DNA of 59,931 nucleotides, filler included. It is 7 parts of 7 records of this genome, joined end to end, with 100 filler letters (N's around TTAATTAATTAA, not from the genome) between each part and the next. Parts side by side here need not be neighbours in the genome. Positions count along the whole stretch, not along the records: positions 46,794 to 54,523 come from SRR31156797_24019; positions 54,624 to 59,931 come from SRR31156797_24022; 5 more parts are not named here. The stretch is one strand, 5' to 3'. This document shows, piece by piece, positions 49,682-59,730 of this stretch. Both the position numbers and the translations under genes were made by a program. The notes under the pieces are model-generated. The model ran no database searches and was not told the DNA's origin. It saw only the letters and a program-made list of their open reading frames with translations. The first letter of the stretch is position 1; each line of letters begins with the position of its first letter.

Positions 49682-49707
49682 GTTCGCCTCCTTGTTTTAG
49701 TAAATAA

Positions 49708-50982
49708 TTACGGCTTAACCATAGATGGAATAATAAGCGGCGCCGGCTCTTTGCCCGTCCCGTACAATTCCTTATTAAAATTAAAGCCGACCCATCTTCC
49801 CCTGGGCGCCGGATGTGCGTCCACTGCCACCCAAAAGTCCAGAGTATCCGCTCTGAAAATCGCCGAATGCAGGTTTTTCATTTTTGGGTATTTTTTAAAA
49901 CAAATCTCATCGCCCCGATTAAGATCAATTAATTTTTTAACATCCATCTTTCCTTTATTCCGTGATAAATACGCCTCGGCTTCCTGGTAACGATCATGGC
50001 TGCTCTTGCTCATCCCGCCGATATTCAGCATCCGGGTGTGATTCGTCAAGATGAGATGGTCATCCTTCATTTCCTTAAATGCAATTTCTTCAATATCAAA
50101 TTCATAGATGCCGGCTGTTTTAGCATCCGCGACCAGCCACATCTTTGAATCGCTGCGACTGGTCTTTTTTAAATATTGGCCTACTTCCTTTACCGAGCCC
50201 GCATATTGGGCCGCTTCCCTGCGCATTATGAAATCCGGCTTGCCTCGAACATACTCGCCTGATTTTCGGCTTATATCATGGGCGCCTATGCTCAACCCTT
50301 TTTCATTAAAAGCGGTTCTTGAGCCGATGAATCCAGGTAGGTGAGAAATGGATACAAAAGCATGACCGTTTGCGGGCTTATAAAAATAAAGCCCGGCCGG
50401 ATACATCGGCGTATAAAATAAATCCAGGTTGCGGCTTCGCAAAAGGCCGGCGTCGGAAGTTCGAACCACCACCGATGTGCAGGCAATGTCAATTGCTATC
50501 GTCCCCAAAACATTCAATACGAGCAGCACATCATAATCAGCGCCGGATCCATCTGAAATCCCCTTTAATTCCTCCAGATATTCCGCCGGAATAAATCGTT
50601 CGATTTCCTTTGCCCTTTTATATAAAAGGTCTTCATCAAATGAAGTTTCCAAAGACCTTTTCTTAAGATTTTTTTGGAAATCCTCAACCCAGGCCTTAAT
50701 CTCATCTTTCAAGAGGGCGCCTCTGGCAAAACCAATCTCGTAAGGCTCCCCTCTCAATATAACGATCAGGATTCCATGCTTATGGTGCTTTTTACTTTTT
50801 CCAAACCAGGTTGCGTCACCCTTTTGCTCCAGTAAAGAGGGTTGGTTCTTCGCCGGCCTTGATGGCGGAGGCGTCTGGTCGCTTGCTTTCCCATTACCGG
50901 CGCATCCCAATAAAAGAATAATTAAAAACACTATGAAAAAGTAAAAGTGAGAATATTTTTTATTACAAAAACGGCAATCCAT
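49708..50982 (-). CDS. C45 family (AAT, Ntn-hydrolase) autoproteolytic acyltransferase/hydrolase, lipoprotein
   Basis: Lipobox LLGC, GEPYEIGF, EELKGI..G, A-CTS cleavage/nucleophile site, RNLD, NEKGL, TNH, S..RY. Confidence 0.85.
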   Translation of the reverse strand: MDCRFCNKKYSHFYFFIVFLIILLLGCAGNGKASDQTPPPSRPAKNQPSLLEQKGDATWFGKSKKHHKHGILIVILRGEPYEIGFARGALLKDEIKAWVEDFQKNLKKRSLETSFDEDLLYKRAKEIERFIPAEYLEELKGISDGSGADYDVLLVLNVLGTIAIDIACTSVVVRTSDAGLLRSRNLDLFYTPMYPAGLYFYKPANGHAFVSISHLPGFIGSRTAFNEKGLSIGAHDISRKSGEYVRGKPDFIMRREAAQYAGSVKEVGQYLKKTSRSDSKMWLVADAKTAGIYEFDIEEIAFKEMKDDHLILTNHTRMLNIGGMSKSSHDRYQEAEAYLSRNKGKMDVKKLIDLNRGDEICFKKYPKMKNLHSAIFRADTLDFWVAVDAHPAPRGRWVGFNFNKELYGTGKEPAPLIIPSMVKP

Positions 50983-51082
50983 TTCGTTCGCCTCAATTGT
51001 GCGGGAACTCTATAAAGCCGAATAGGCAGAAAGAATAAAGTACAGTCCGCTAGATGCTACTTATTACTATTCCAAGCAAAAA

Positions 51083-52102
51083 TTACTTCAAGGAATTCGT
51101 CCTTTTTGAAGGACCCTCCTGCTCAGCGGGCAGCAATGAAAGAAAACAACCGCCGCCCCCGCTTCCGCCGGATGCAGACACAAAACGGGCTGAAATGTTT
51201 TTCGGTTCAAATGTTGTTATGGTGCATGGGTCGGCGCCTGAACAGTCGCCGGACCAGCCGATAAAATATGAATTTGCCTGTTGGTTGGCGGTAAGTGTGT
51301 ATTCCGCAATAATTGCAAGACATTCCTCGCAATCGCCGGTGCAGTTGATGCCGGCGGGATTGCTGGTCACAGTTCCGCCCCCGGTCCCGGTGACAGAGAC
51401 CGTGACCTTGCTTGTACCGAAATGGCCGATTTCGTCATCACCCGGAGTGTAGGTTAAAGTAAGAGGATTTGTATCCAGAGCGACTTCCAGCTTGCTTATG
51501 ACAATAAATGATGTCAGGTCCGCCCAGATTGCATGAGATTCGTTATCAGTGATTACAACGCCCGCGTCTGATGGATCCAGGCCGACTCTTAAATAGGGCC
51601 ATTGAGTGTGATCCACTGGATATCCTGCTGTCGGAAGGTTGCCGTCCACGGCCGTTATGATCACTTCAAAATATTGGTTGCCTAACGTTCCAGTGACATA
51701 AGCCGTCAAATCGGCATCCATTCCGCCTTCATAATCCGATACCTCAACACCGACCTCTTCCAGGTCCACAACATCCTGGTACGCACCAGCCGGGGTTGCA
51801 AAGTTCAGATCATTGGCCGGATCGCCGATGATGCCCACAGCCAGTTTCGGCGGCGAACCGGGTTTGATATCCACGCCCGACAAGGTGAACCTCAACAAAG
51901 CCCATTCATTGCCGGCTGTAAACCAATTCTTTAAAACGATAATATCCGCTGCTGAAAAGTAGATATACAGGCTGCCGGCCCTATTTGGATCTTGCCCGTT
52001 ACACATCGATTCCGAATTGGGTCCCAGAATAATCGCCGCGGCAGAAGAATTGAAGAAGCATACAAAAGTTAAGGCTAAAAGAACAATTACCGGTTTGCGC
52101 AT
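51083..52102 (-). CDS. Secreted protein with InlB-B-repeat-like domain and GGGGCF C-terminal motif
   Basis: Signal peptide from MRKPV (RBS GGGAGGGG), VSVTGTGGGTVTSNPAGINC..F.GWSGDCSG..C repeat, tail SGGSGGGGCFLSLL. Confidence 0.75.
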   Translation of the reverse strand: MRKPVIVLLALTFVCFFNSSAAAIILGPNSESMCNGQDPNRAGSLYIYFSAADIIVLKNWFTAGNEWALLRFTLSGVDIKPGSPPKLAVGIIGDPANDLNFATPAGAYQDVVDLEEVGVEVSDYEGGMDADLTAYVTGTLGNQYFEVIITAVDGNLPTAGYPVDHTQWPYLRVGLDPSDAGVVITDNESHAIWADLTSFIVISKLEVALDTNPLTLTYTPGDDEIGHFGTSKVTVSVTGTGGGTVTSNPAGINCTGDCEECLAIIAEYTLTANQQANSYFIGWSGDCSGADPCTITTFEPKNISARFVSASGGSGGGGCFLSLLPAEQEGPSKRTNSLK

Positions 52103-52544
52103 TTCCCCCTCCCTTGCGAACCTCAAAATCAATACGTCTTAGAGTTAAAGAACCGAACCATTTTGTCTATGGAGATTTCCCTTTGAAACAAGAATAATAA
52201 CTTCAAATATCTTGTGTTTCATGCATGTTAATACTAAACTTGGCGGTCGTCAAACAAATTAGCCGCGGCAAACATTTTCCAGAAATGGCGAGGCAAAGGT
52301 TTATATTATGCGTTTTTTACCCGGCGCTCCTTAATGGACGATGTCCTAACCCCCCATTTCCCGGTTGCCCTCAATCCTATTACTTGGTAAAAAGAAAGCA
52401 TCCATTTTAAGCGAATTCCAGACGAATCCGAAATCCCGGCGGCATTGCCGGCCGGGATTCGCGTTCGCCAATTTAAAATCCAACCGTTGGGGCGGGCAGT
52501 GTCGCTTTAATTATTAATCGTCCCGACATCAAGGAGGGCGCCTC

Positions 52545-54425
52545 ATGGGAAATATAGAGATCGCGACAAAAGCTGATGTGGAATTATTTGAAAAAGTTCC
52601 TATCAATGAACGCATGGAATGGTTCAACACCTACGACATGCTTTGCGCCGGCGCCGCGATCAATCCGGATGCAACCGCCATAAGCTTCCTGTTATCCGGG
52701 GACTCTTACGATCAGCCCATGGAGGTTGCTTACAGGGATTTGCTGGCCAATATTCACCGCACGGCCAATCTTTTGCACGACCTGGGCGTGGGTAAGACCG
52801 ATGCGGTCACGTACCTGCTGCCCAATCTGCCGCACACTCATTATGCCTTGTGGGGAGCGGAATTGGCCGGGATCGCCAATCCCATAAACCCGCTGCTGGA
52901 ACCGCATACCATGGCTGAAATTTGTCGGGCCGTGAAAACAAAGGTCATTATTGCCCTGGGCGAGTTTCCGGGCTCGGATATCTGGCAGAAAGTGGAAGCG
53001 ATCCGCGGCGATCTTCCCGATTTGAAGGCGATCATTAGGGTCATGGGGCCGAGCGACGAAAAAAACGGCATTTACGGATTTGACGAGGTTATAGGAAAAT
53101 ACAATGAAGAAAAGCTGGATTCCGGCCGGGTAATCGAACCGGATGACATTGCCTCGTACTATCATACCGGCGGGACCACGGGAACGCCCAAAATTGCGCC
53201 CCGAACCCACTATAACGAGGCTGTCATGAGTTTCATAATGGACCTGGCCGCCAATGTGGAACAGAAAGACGTCATGCTGTGCGGTCTGCCTCTTTTTCAC
53301 GCCAATGGCACGACTGTTACCGGCTCGGTTCCCTTTTCCAAAGGGGCTCATGTCGTGCTCCTGTCGCCGCGAGGCTATCGGGATCCATCCATAATGACGA
53401 ATTTTTTCAACATTGTGGATAAATACAAGGCTTCCACATTTTCATGCGTGCCCACAGTTCTTTCCGTGCTTTTGGAAACGCCGGTCGGGGATGTGGATAT
53501 CAGTTCGCTGCGTTTTGCCATTTGCGGCGCCGCGCCGTTGTCGGTTGAACTTTTTACCCGATTTGAAGAGCATTCCGGCATGAAAATCCTGGAAGGATAC
53601 GGATTGACGGAAGGCGCCTGCGCTTCGTCGGTTAATCCTCAATACGGGGAAAGAAAAGTGGGCTCCATCGGGCTGCGCCTGCCGTACCAGGAAATGGATA
53701 TAATGATAACGGACGAGGCGGGGCGTTTTGTCCGCCAGGCGGAAACAGACGAGATTGGAGTTGTGTGTATTAAAGGCCCCAACATTTTTAATGGATACCT
53801 GGATGCCGCGCATAACGAGGGACTGTGGCCCCAAGGCAGGGAAGCCGGCTGGATGAACACGGGAGATCTGGGGCGCCGGGATGCGGATGAATTTTTCTGG
53901 CTGACCGGACGTCGTAAGGAATTGATTATTCGCGGCGGACACAATATCGACCCGGCCCTGGTAGAGGAGCCGTTGTATCGATTGAGCGGGGTGCACACGG
54001 CCGCGGCGGTCGGCAAGCCGGACCCGCATGCAGGGGAAATCCCCACGGCTTACGTTCAGCTTCAGGAAGGAGCGAATTTGACTGAGGTTGAAATTCTGGA
54101 ATACCTGAAAAAGGAAATCGGTGAGAGGGCCGCCATACCAAAGGAAGTTCATATTATCGATGAGATTCCATTGACTCCGGTCGGCAAGATATTCAAACCG
54201 GCCTTGCGTTGGGATGCCATTCGCCGGGTGTACGAACAGGCCCTGACTGAAATGAGCGATCTGATCGAGTCAATCCAGGTATCGGTCGGAGAGCACAAGG
54301 TTCATGGCTCCCTGGCTGAAATTACCATCAAGCCTGCTGCCGGCGTGGACCGGGACCGGATAAATCAAAAGGTCGGCGATATTCTGACCCGGCACACGGT
54401 TCGGTGGGAATTGAAAATTATATAG
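52545..54425 (+). CDS. Acyl-CoA synthetase (AMP-forming)
   Basis: YHTGGTTGTPK, LPLFH, EGYGLTE, TGDLG, IRGGHNI, VGK. AAGGAGG RBS. Confidence 0.93.
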   Translation: MGNIEIATKADVELFEKVPINERMEWFNTYDMLCAGAAINPDATAISFLLSGDSYDQPMEVAYRDLLANIHRTANLLHDLGVGKTDAVTYLLPNLPHTHYALWGAELAGIANPINPLLEPHTMAEICRAVKTKVIIALGEFPGSDIWQKVEAIRGDLPDLKAIIRVMGPSDEKNGIYGFDEVIGKYNEEKLDSGRVIEPDDIASYYHTGGTTGTPKIAPRTHYNEAVMSFIMDLAANVEQKDVMLCGLPLFHANGTTVTGSVPFSKGAHVVLLSPRGYRDPSIMTNFFNIVDKYKASTFSCVPTVLSVLLETPVGDVDISSLRFAICGAAPLSVELFTRFEEHSGMKILEGYGLTEGACASSVNPQYGERKVGSIGLRLPYQEMDIMITDEAGRFVRQAETDEIGVVCIKGPNIFNGYLDAAHNEGLWPQGREAGWMNTGDLGRRDADEFFWLTGRRKELIIRGGHNIDPALVEEPLYRLSGVHTAAAVGKPDPHAGEIPTAYVQLQEGANLTEVEILEYLKKEIGERAAIPKEVHIIDEIPLTPVGKIFKPALRWDAIRRVYEQALTEMSDLIESIQVSVGEHKVHGSLAEITIKPAAGVDRDRINQKVGDILTRHTVRWELKII

Positions 54426-54497
54426 ATTGTAAGCGGTTCACCGGTGGATGCCCCGGTAATTTTTGAAAGGGCAAATGACGGCAACCTCTATTCTTCT

Positions 54498-54523
54498 CGT
54501 TCCCGGGCTCCTGCCCGGGAACG
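54498..54523. repeat. REP-like palindrome at the contig end
   Basis: CGTTCCCGGGC-TCCT-GCCCGGGAACG, a perfect 11-bp stem. The contig breaks exactly at its end. Confidence 0.55.
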
Positions 54524-54623
54524 NNNNNNNNNNNNNNNNNNNNNNNNNNNNNNNNNNNNNNNNNNNNTTAATTAATTAANNNNNNNNNNNNNNNNNNNNN
54601 NNNNNNNNNNNNNNNNNNNNNNN
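54524..54623. other. Artificial contig spacer
   Basis: N-run + TTAATTAATTAA + N-run. Confidence 0.97.
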
Positions 54624-56039
54624 TAAATGTACCCAATCGGCAGTCATTCCATCGGTAGATGACACCGCTCTTAGTGCTACAACACGCTCATAAGTACGCT
54701 CATCTCCCATTACGCCAACTGATTGAACCGGAAGTAGAATAGCTCCAGCCTGCCATACATCATCATATAATTCATGATCCTTAAGCCCTTGAATAAAGAT
54801 ATGATCCACTTCCTGTAAGATATCCACTTTTTCTTGTGTAATATCTCCAAGAATTCGAATAGCTAAACCTGGTCCCGGGAAAGGGTGACGACCCAATAAA
54901 GCAGGAGAAATTCCCATTGCTTTACCTACTCTTCTAACTTCATCCTTGAATAATAAATTCAATGGTTCAACTACCTTTAAATTCATTTTTTCAGGAAGTC
55001 CGCCTACATTATGGTGCGACTTAATGGTTGCTGATGGTCCATTTACAGAAACAGACTCAATTACATCTGGATAAATTGTTCCCTGTGCTAACCATTTAAC
55101 GTCTTGTATTTTATGTGCTTCTTTATCAAATATCTCGATAAACACACGACCTATAATCTTTCTTTTTGTTTCAGGATCAGATACACCTGCCAACTCATCT
55201 AAAAATTCTTTGCGCGCATCAACACCAATTACGTTTAATCCCATATGCTGGTAGGAGTCCAACACATTTTGGTATTCGTTTTTACGTAATAACCCGTTGT
55301 CAACGAAAATACATGTCAGATTTTTACCAATCGCTTTATTTAAAAGCACACCTGCTACTGTAGAATCAACACCGCCAGAAAGACCTAAAACAACTTTATC
55401 ATTTCCTAATTTTTGCTTTAATGATTCAACTGTTGAATCCACAAATGAATCCGGCGTCCAATTTTGAGAACATCCACAGATTGAAACAACAAAGTTATAT
55501 AGAATCGTTTTTCCATCTGTAGAGTGATATACCTCAGGATGGAATTGTAATCCCCATGTAGATTCTCCTTTTACCTCGTATGCTGCTACTTTAACATCTC
55601 CTGTACTGGCAATAATAGAATAATTATCCGGTAAGTTTACGATGGTATCTCCATGTGACATCCAAACTTGAGACTGTTCAGGAACACCAGTCATTAAATC
55701 ATTGTTACGATCGATAAAACCTAAATTAGCACGACCATATTCTCTGGTGTTAGATGGTTTTACCTCACCACCAAAATATTGCGACAGAAACTGAGCTCCA
55801 TAACAAACACCTAACAAAGGAAACTTACCTTTAATATTTGTTAAGTCAGGAACTGGTGCCTTTTCGTCTCTCACACTAAAAGGGCTACCTGATAAAATAA
55901 CACCTTTCACACCTTCATCAAACTCAGGTACTGAGTGATACGGATGAATTTCACAATAAACATTTAACTCTCTCACCCTTCTGGCGATCAGCTGGGTATA
56001 TTGAGACCCAAAATCAAGAATAATTATCTTTTCTTGCAT
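54624..56039 (-). CDS. guaA: GMP synthase (glutamine-hydrolysing), 3' end truncated
   Basis: [47 protein letters not shown]. Confidence 0.97.
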
Positions 56040-56174
56040 TAAACAGAGGCTTAATGGATTCTACATCAAAAATTTTGCGCAAATATAGTTATTAAAATCC
56101 ACAAAACTTAAGGAAAGAAGAACTACACTGATTATTTAAGAAGTATTAACCGAAAATAAAAGTGAAAAATAAAG

Positions 56175-56558
56175 CTATATTTTCTTTAATATTAAAACAG
56201 CAAGCATTGCCCAACCTATGATAAGCAAAAGACCTCCAAGAGGTGTAACCGGACCTAACCATTTTATAGAAACATCCCACAATCTTGATAAACTCAAAAA
56301 ATATATACTAAAAGAGAACAATAGAGTTCCAACAATTAGTGACCATGCCATTAGATTTTCCAATTGAGAATTGAAACTCAACCAAATTCCCAAAATTAGT
56401 AATAATAAAGCATGATACATTTGGTATTTAACTCCTGTATTAAAGCTTTCTAAGGCTTCAGGTAAGAGTTTTTTCTTTAGCAAATGAGCTCCAAAGGCAC
56501 CAAAAACAACAGACAATCCTCCTAAAACAGCACCGCTTAGCAAAACAATTTTTTTCAT
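56175..56558 (-). CDS. DUF423 (YgdD/TMEM256) membrane protein
   Basis: GAFGAH, YQMYH, FSFSIY, GPVTPLGG. Confidence 0.88.
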   Translation of the reverse strand: MKKIVLLSGAVLGGLSVVFGAFGAHLLKKKLLPEALESFNTGVKYQMYHALLLLILGIWLSFNSQLENLMAWSLIVGTLLFSFSIYFLSLSRLWDVSIKWLGPVTPLGGLLLIIGWAMLAVLILKKI

Positions 56559-56603
56559 ATAATAATGGTTTGCAGAAACAGGGAATATCTTCTTATCTAA
56601 GCT

Positions 56604-56828
56604 TTATGAATCTTGTGTAGTTGTTTTATACTTTTCAATCAGTTTTTCAGCTTTTTCAAAGTCATCTTCATCTACAAATAAATCTGCATTTCCCGGTAAA
56701 CCGGAACCAAAACCTGCCTGAGCAGCCTCTTCAAATTCATTCTTAACAAAACTCTCAATCCCTGCCTCTTTCAGTAAATCTTTATACAATGCTATATCAA
56801 CAATGTGAGCATAAATAAGTTTTTTCAT
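56604..56828 (-). CDS. DUF2007-like putative signal-transducing protein
   Basis: LLKEAGIESFVKNE...LFVDEDDFEKAEKLI. Confidence 0.75.
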   Translation of the reverse strand: MKKLIYAHIVDIALYKDLLKEAGIESFVKNEFEEAAQAGFGSGLPGNADLFVDEDDFEKAEKLIEKYKTTTQDS

Positions 56829-56950
56829 GGGTGAAATATTTTAATTGTTAGTTAAAATAAAACAATTAAGCCAGACTAGCAAAAAGCAATATCCACTCTT
56901 CACTTTTTATAAAAGCTTATTAGTTTTGCAGACAGAAATTGTACAAAATA

Positions 56951-58642
56951 ATGAACGATTATAGCATTAATCAATGTTTTACCTCCTTTGAAAAGGATAT
57001 CAGTCATATTGAATTGCCTCATAAATTTACGTATCCATTTTATTACGAACCGCACCCCTTGTGTGTTTTAGCAAGTGAACAATTACAAAACCATTTATTA
57101 ACACAAAAAACATGGCATCATGATTTTGGAATAGATCATCACGTACAGGGAAGTAATATTGGTAAAATGTTTGGTGTATTAATCGTTCAAAAAACAAACG
57201 GTGAAATTGGTTTTCTGTCCGCCTTTAGTGGTAAAATTGGTGAAACAAATCACCTTCCGGGATTTGTTCCTCCTATTTATGATTTATTAAACAAAGATGG
57301 TTTCTTTAAAAAAGAAGAAAACAACATTAGTGAGATCAACCATAAAATAAAAGAACTGGAGAATGCGCCAGACTTCATTAATTGCCAGCAAAACTTAATT
57401 CAACAAAAGCAGCTTTCTGAAAAAGAATTAAGTGCGTATCGACAATTTATGAAGAGTAGAAAAAATGAGCGAAAAGTTAAACGCAATAATGCTGAAGGTA
57501 CTCTGTCTAATAGTGATTTTTTAGAACTCGTTGAATCTCTAAAACAAGAAAGCTTAAAACATCAATACGATTTCAAACAATTGAAGAAAAAATGGGAAGG
57601 CCATCTTCATACCCTCGAAAAAGAACTTGAAAATTTTCACCAGAAAATCAACTGCCTTAAAGAAGAAAGAAAAAGGAGATCAGCAGCATTGCAACAAAAA
57701 TTGTTTGATCAATATCAATTCCTTAATGTAAATGGTGAATCATTAGGTGTTGATAAAGTTTTTGCCCAAACGGCACAAAAAGTTCCTCCAGCAGGAGCCG
57801 GAGATTGTGCTGCACCCAAATTATTACAATTTGCCTTTCAGCATCAATTAAACCCCATTGCTATGGCTGAATTTTGGTGGGGACAATCTCCTTCATCAGA
57901 AATTCGCAAGCATAAATATTTTTACCCTTCGTGCCGAGGAAAATGTGAACCAATTTTAGGTTATATGCTAAAAGGAATTCCCGTAGATGACAATCCTATT
58001 AAAACACCGTTTATCCATAATGAAGAGCTTAAGATAATCTATGAGGATGATGTAATTGTTGTTGTAGATAAGCCTGCAGAATTTCTTTCAGTACCAGGGA
58101 AAGAATGTGAAGATTCTGTTTTATTAAGAATACAACAAATGTATCCGGAAGCAACGGGTCCGCTTTTAGTACATCGTCTGGATATGTCCACTTCAGGATT
58201 AATTTTGGTGGCAAAAAATAAAGATGTACATAAAGAACTGCAGAAGCAATTTTTAGAGAGAACTGTTCAAAAGCGATATGTAGCCCTACTTGATGGAAAT
58301 ATCCATTCTGACGAAGGTTTTATTGAATTGCCACTTCGCGTGGATTTAGATGACAGACCTCGTCAATTAGTTTGTTATGAGCATGGAAAACATGCTAAAA
58401 CAAAATACAAAGTGATAGAGCGGAAAAGCGAAACTACCAAGGTATACTTTTTTCCTATTACAGGCAGAACTCATCAATTAAGGGTTCATGCAGCCCATCC
58501 TCTAGGTTTAAATGCTCCCATTATTGGTGATGATTTATACGGTCAGAAATCTACTAGACTGCATCTTCATGCGGAATATTTAGAATATACACATCCTGTA
58601 ACAGGAAAAAGGCTTAAAGTGAAAAGTAAAGCTCCTTTTTAA
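56951..58642 (+). CDS. RluA family pseudouridine synthase (long form with N-terminal coiled coil)
   Basis: GKMFGVL, PPAGAGDCAAPKLL, KP..LSVPG, HRLDMSTSG, TGRTHQLRVH. Start placed at MNDYS. Confidence 0.92.
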   Translation: MNDYSINQCFTSFEKDISHIELPHKFTYPFYYEPHPLCVLASEQLQNHLLTQKTWHHDFGIDHHVQGSNIGKMFGVLIVQKTNGEIGFLSAFSGKIGETNHLPGFVPPIYDLLNKDGFFKKEENNISEINHKIKELENAPDFINCQQNLIQQKQLSEKELSAYRQFMKSRKNERKVKRNNAEGTLSNSDFLELVESLKQESLKHQYDFKQLKKKWEGHLHTLEKELENFHQKINCLKEERKRRSAALQQKLFDQYQFLNVNGESLGVDKVFAQTAQKVPPAGAGDCAAPKLLQFAFQHQLNPIAMAEFWWGQSPSSEIRKHKYFYPSCRGKCEPILGYMLKGIPVDDNPIKTPFIHNEELKIIYEDDVIVVVDKPAEFLSVPGKECEDSVLLRIQQMYPEATGPLLVHRLDMSTSGLILVAKNKDVHKELQKQFLERTVQKRYVALLDGNIHSDEGFIELPLRVDLDDRPRQLVCYEHGKHAKTKYKVIERKSETTKVYFFPITGRTHQLRVHAAHPLGLNAPIIGDDLYGQKSTRLHLHAEYLEYTHPVTGKRLKVKSKAPF

Positions 58643-59370
58643 TTATACTCCTTTATGGGTTGAATTAAAGCCTCTTTTGTCACTTCCATTAATTTGCGCG
58701 TTTCACCTTTGTACATTTTCGTATCTATACATGGATTAATCGTCAAACTAACTTTTCCAGGACGTACATTAAAAGTTCCTCCACCATAAATTTTATGGGT
58801 ATCTTTTAAAGTTACAGGTAAAATCGGCAAATCTAAATCTTCCGCAATTTTAAAGGCACCACTTTTAAACCTCTTCACAGTGTTACTTCCACTTCTTGTT
58901 CCTTCCGGAAAGATGACTACAGATGTTCCATTCACTAACTTTCCTTTGGCTTCCTTAATACTCTCTAAAGCAGCCTTAGGAGAAGATCTATCAATAAATA
59001 TATGTCCAACTTTTGCACTCGCCGGACCTATTCCAAATGCATGACGTAACTCTTTTTTCATCACCCATCTAAAATCGATACCTAAAAAACCATATAATGC
59101 AAAAATATCGTAAGCACTCTGATGATTAGCAACAATGACATAGGACTGTCCCTTTTTTACATTTTCTCTTCCATATACTTTTACTCGCATTGGTGTAAAC
59201 CAAGCCACTGTTTTAGCCCACATTACACCACTCATACTTCCTGCCCTGGGTGAAATAAGCATTGCAAGCAAAGCTGCACCAATTGAAAAAACAATACTAG
59301 CAATTGCAAATACAGGAACAAAAATGATCCATTTATAAATTTGATACAGAAAGTTACCTATTACTCTCAT
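58639..59370 (-). CDS. plsC: 1-acyl-sn-glycerol-3-phosphate acyltransferase (PlsC family)
   Basis: NHQSAYD, FIDR, FPEGTRS. Confidence 0.88.
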   Translation of the reverse strand: MRVIGNFLYQIYKWIIFVPVFAIASIVFSIGAALLAMLISPRAGSMSGVMWAKTVAWFTPMRVKVYGRENVKKGQSYVIVANHQSAYDIFALYGFLGIDFRWVMKKELRHAFGIGPASAKVGHIFIDRSSPKAALESIKEAKGKLVNGTSVVIFPEGTRSGSNTVKRFKSGAFKIAEDLDLPILPVTLKDTHKIYGGGTFNVRPGKVSLTINPCIDTKMYKGETRKLMEVTKEALIQPIKEYN

Positions 59371-59394
59371 TTTGCTATTCGTTAAAATATAATA

Positions 59395-59643
59395 TTAATG
59401 ATTCCCCTCTAATGCATTTAAAATGTGCATTGCCTCTTCTCTCGATTCTCCACAAAAATCTTTCTCCGCCTTAAATCCTCCACATACTTCTGGCCTTTCC
59501 TTTTTACCAAATAATTCACATTTATAATCATCCGTTAAATGTGCACAAGCTACGCCTGCCGGCTTTCCATTTGGCATTTTAGGCATTGATGAAGAAATTG
59601 ATGGTGCAATGCAACACGCTGCACATCCTACTCTACATTCCAT
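59395..59643 (-). CDS. YkgJ family cysteine-cluster protein
   Basis: MECRVGCAACCIAPSISS, GKPAGV.C, C.LF...RP.VC. Confidence 0.85.
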   Translation of the reverse strand: MECRVGCAACCIAPSISSSMPKMPNGKPAGVACAHLTDDYKCELFGKKERPEVCGGFKAEKDFCGESREEAMHILNALEGNH

Positions 59644-59730
59644 TTTTATTGGCAAAAATATGTAAAACTTTGACTTATTTAAAAACACTTAAGCATACTT
59701 TTGCCTTTTATTACGAAACATACATATTTT

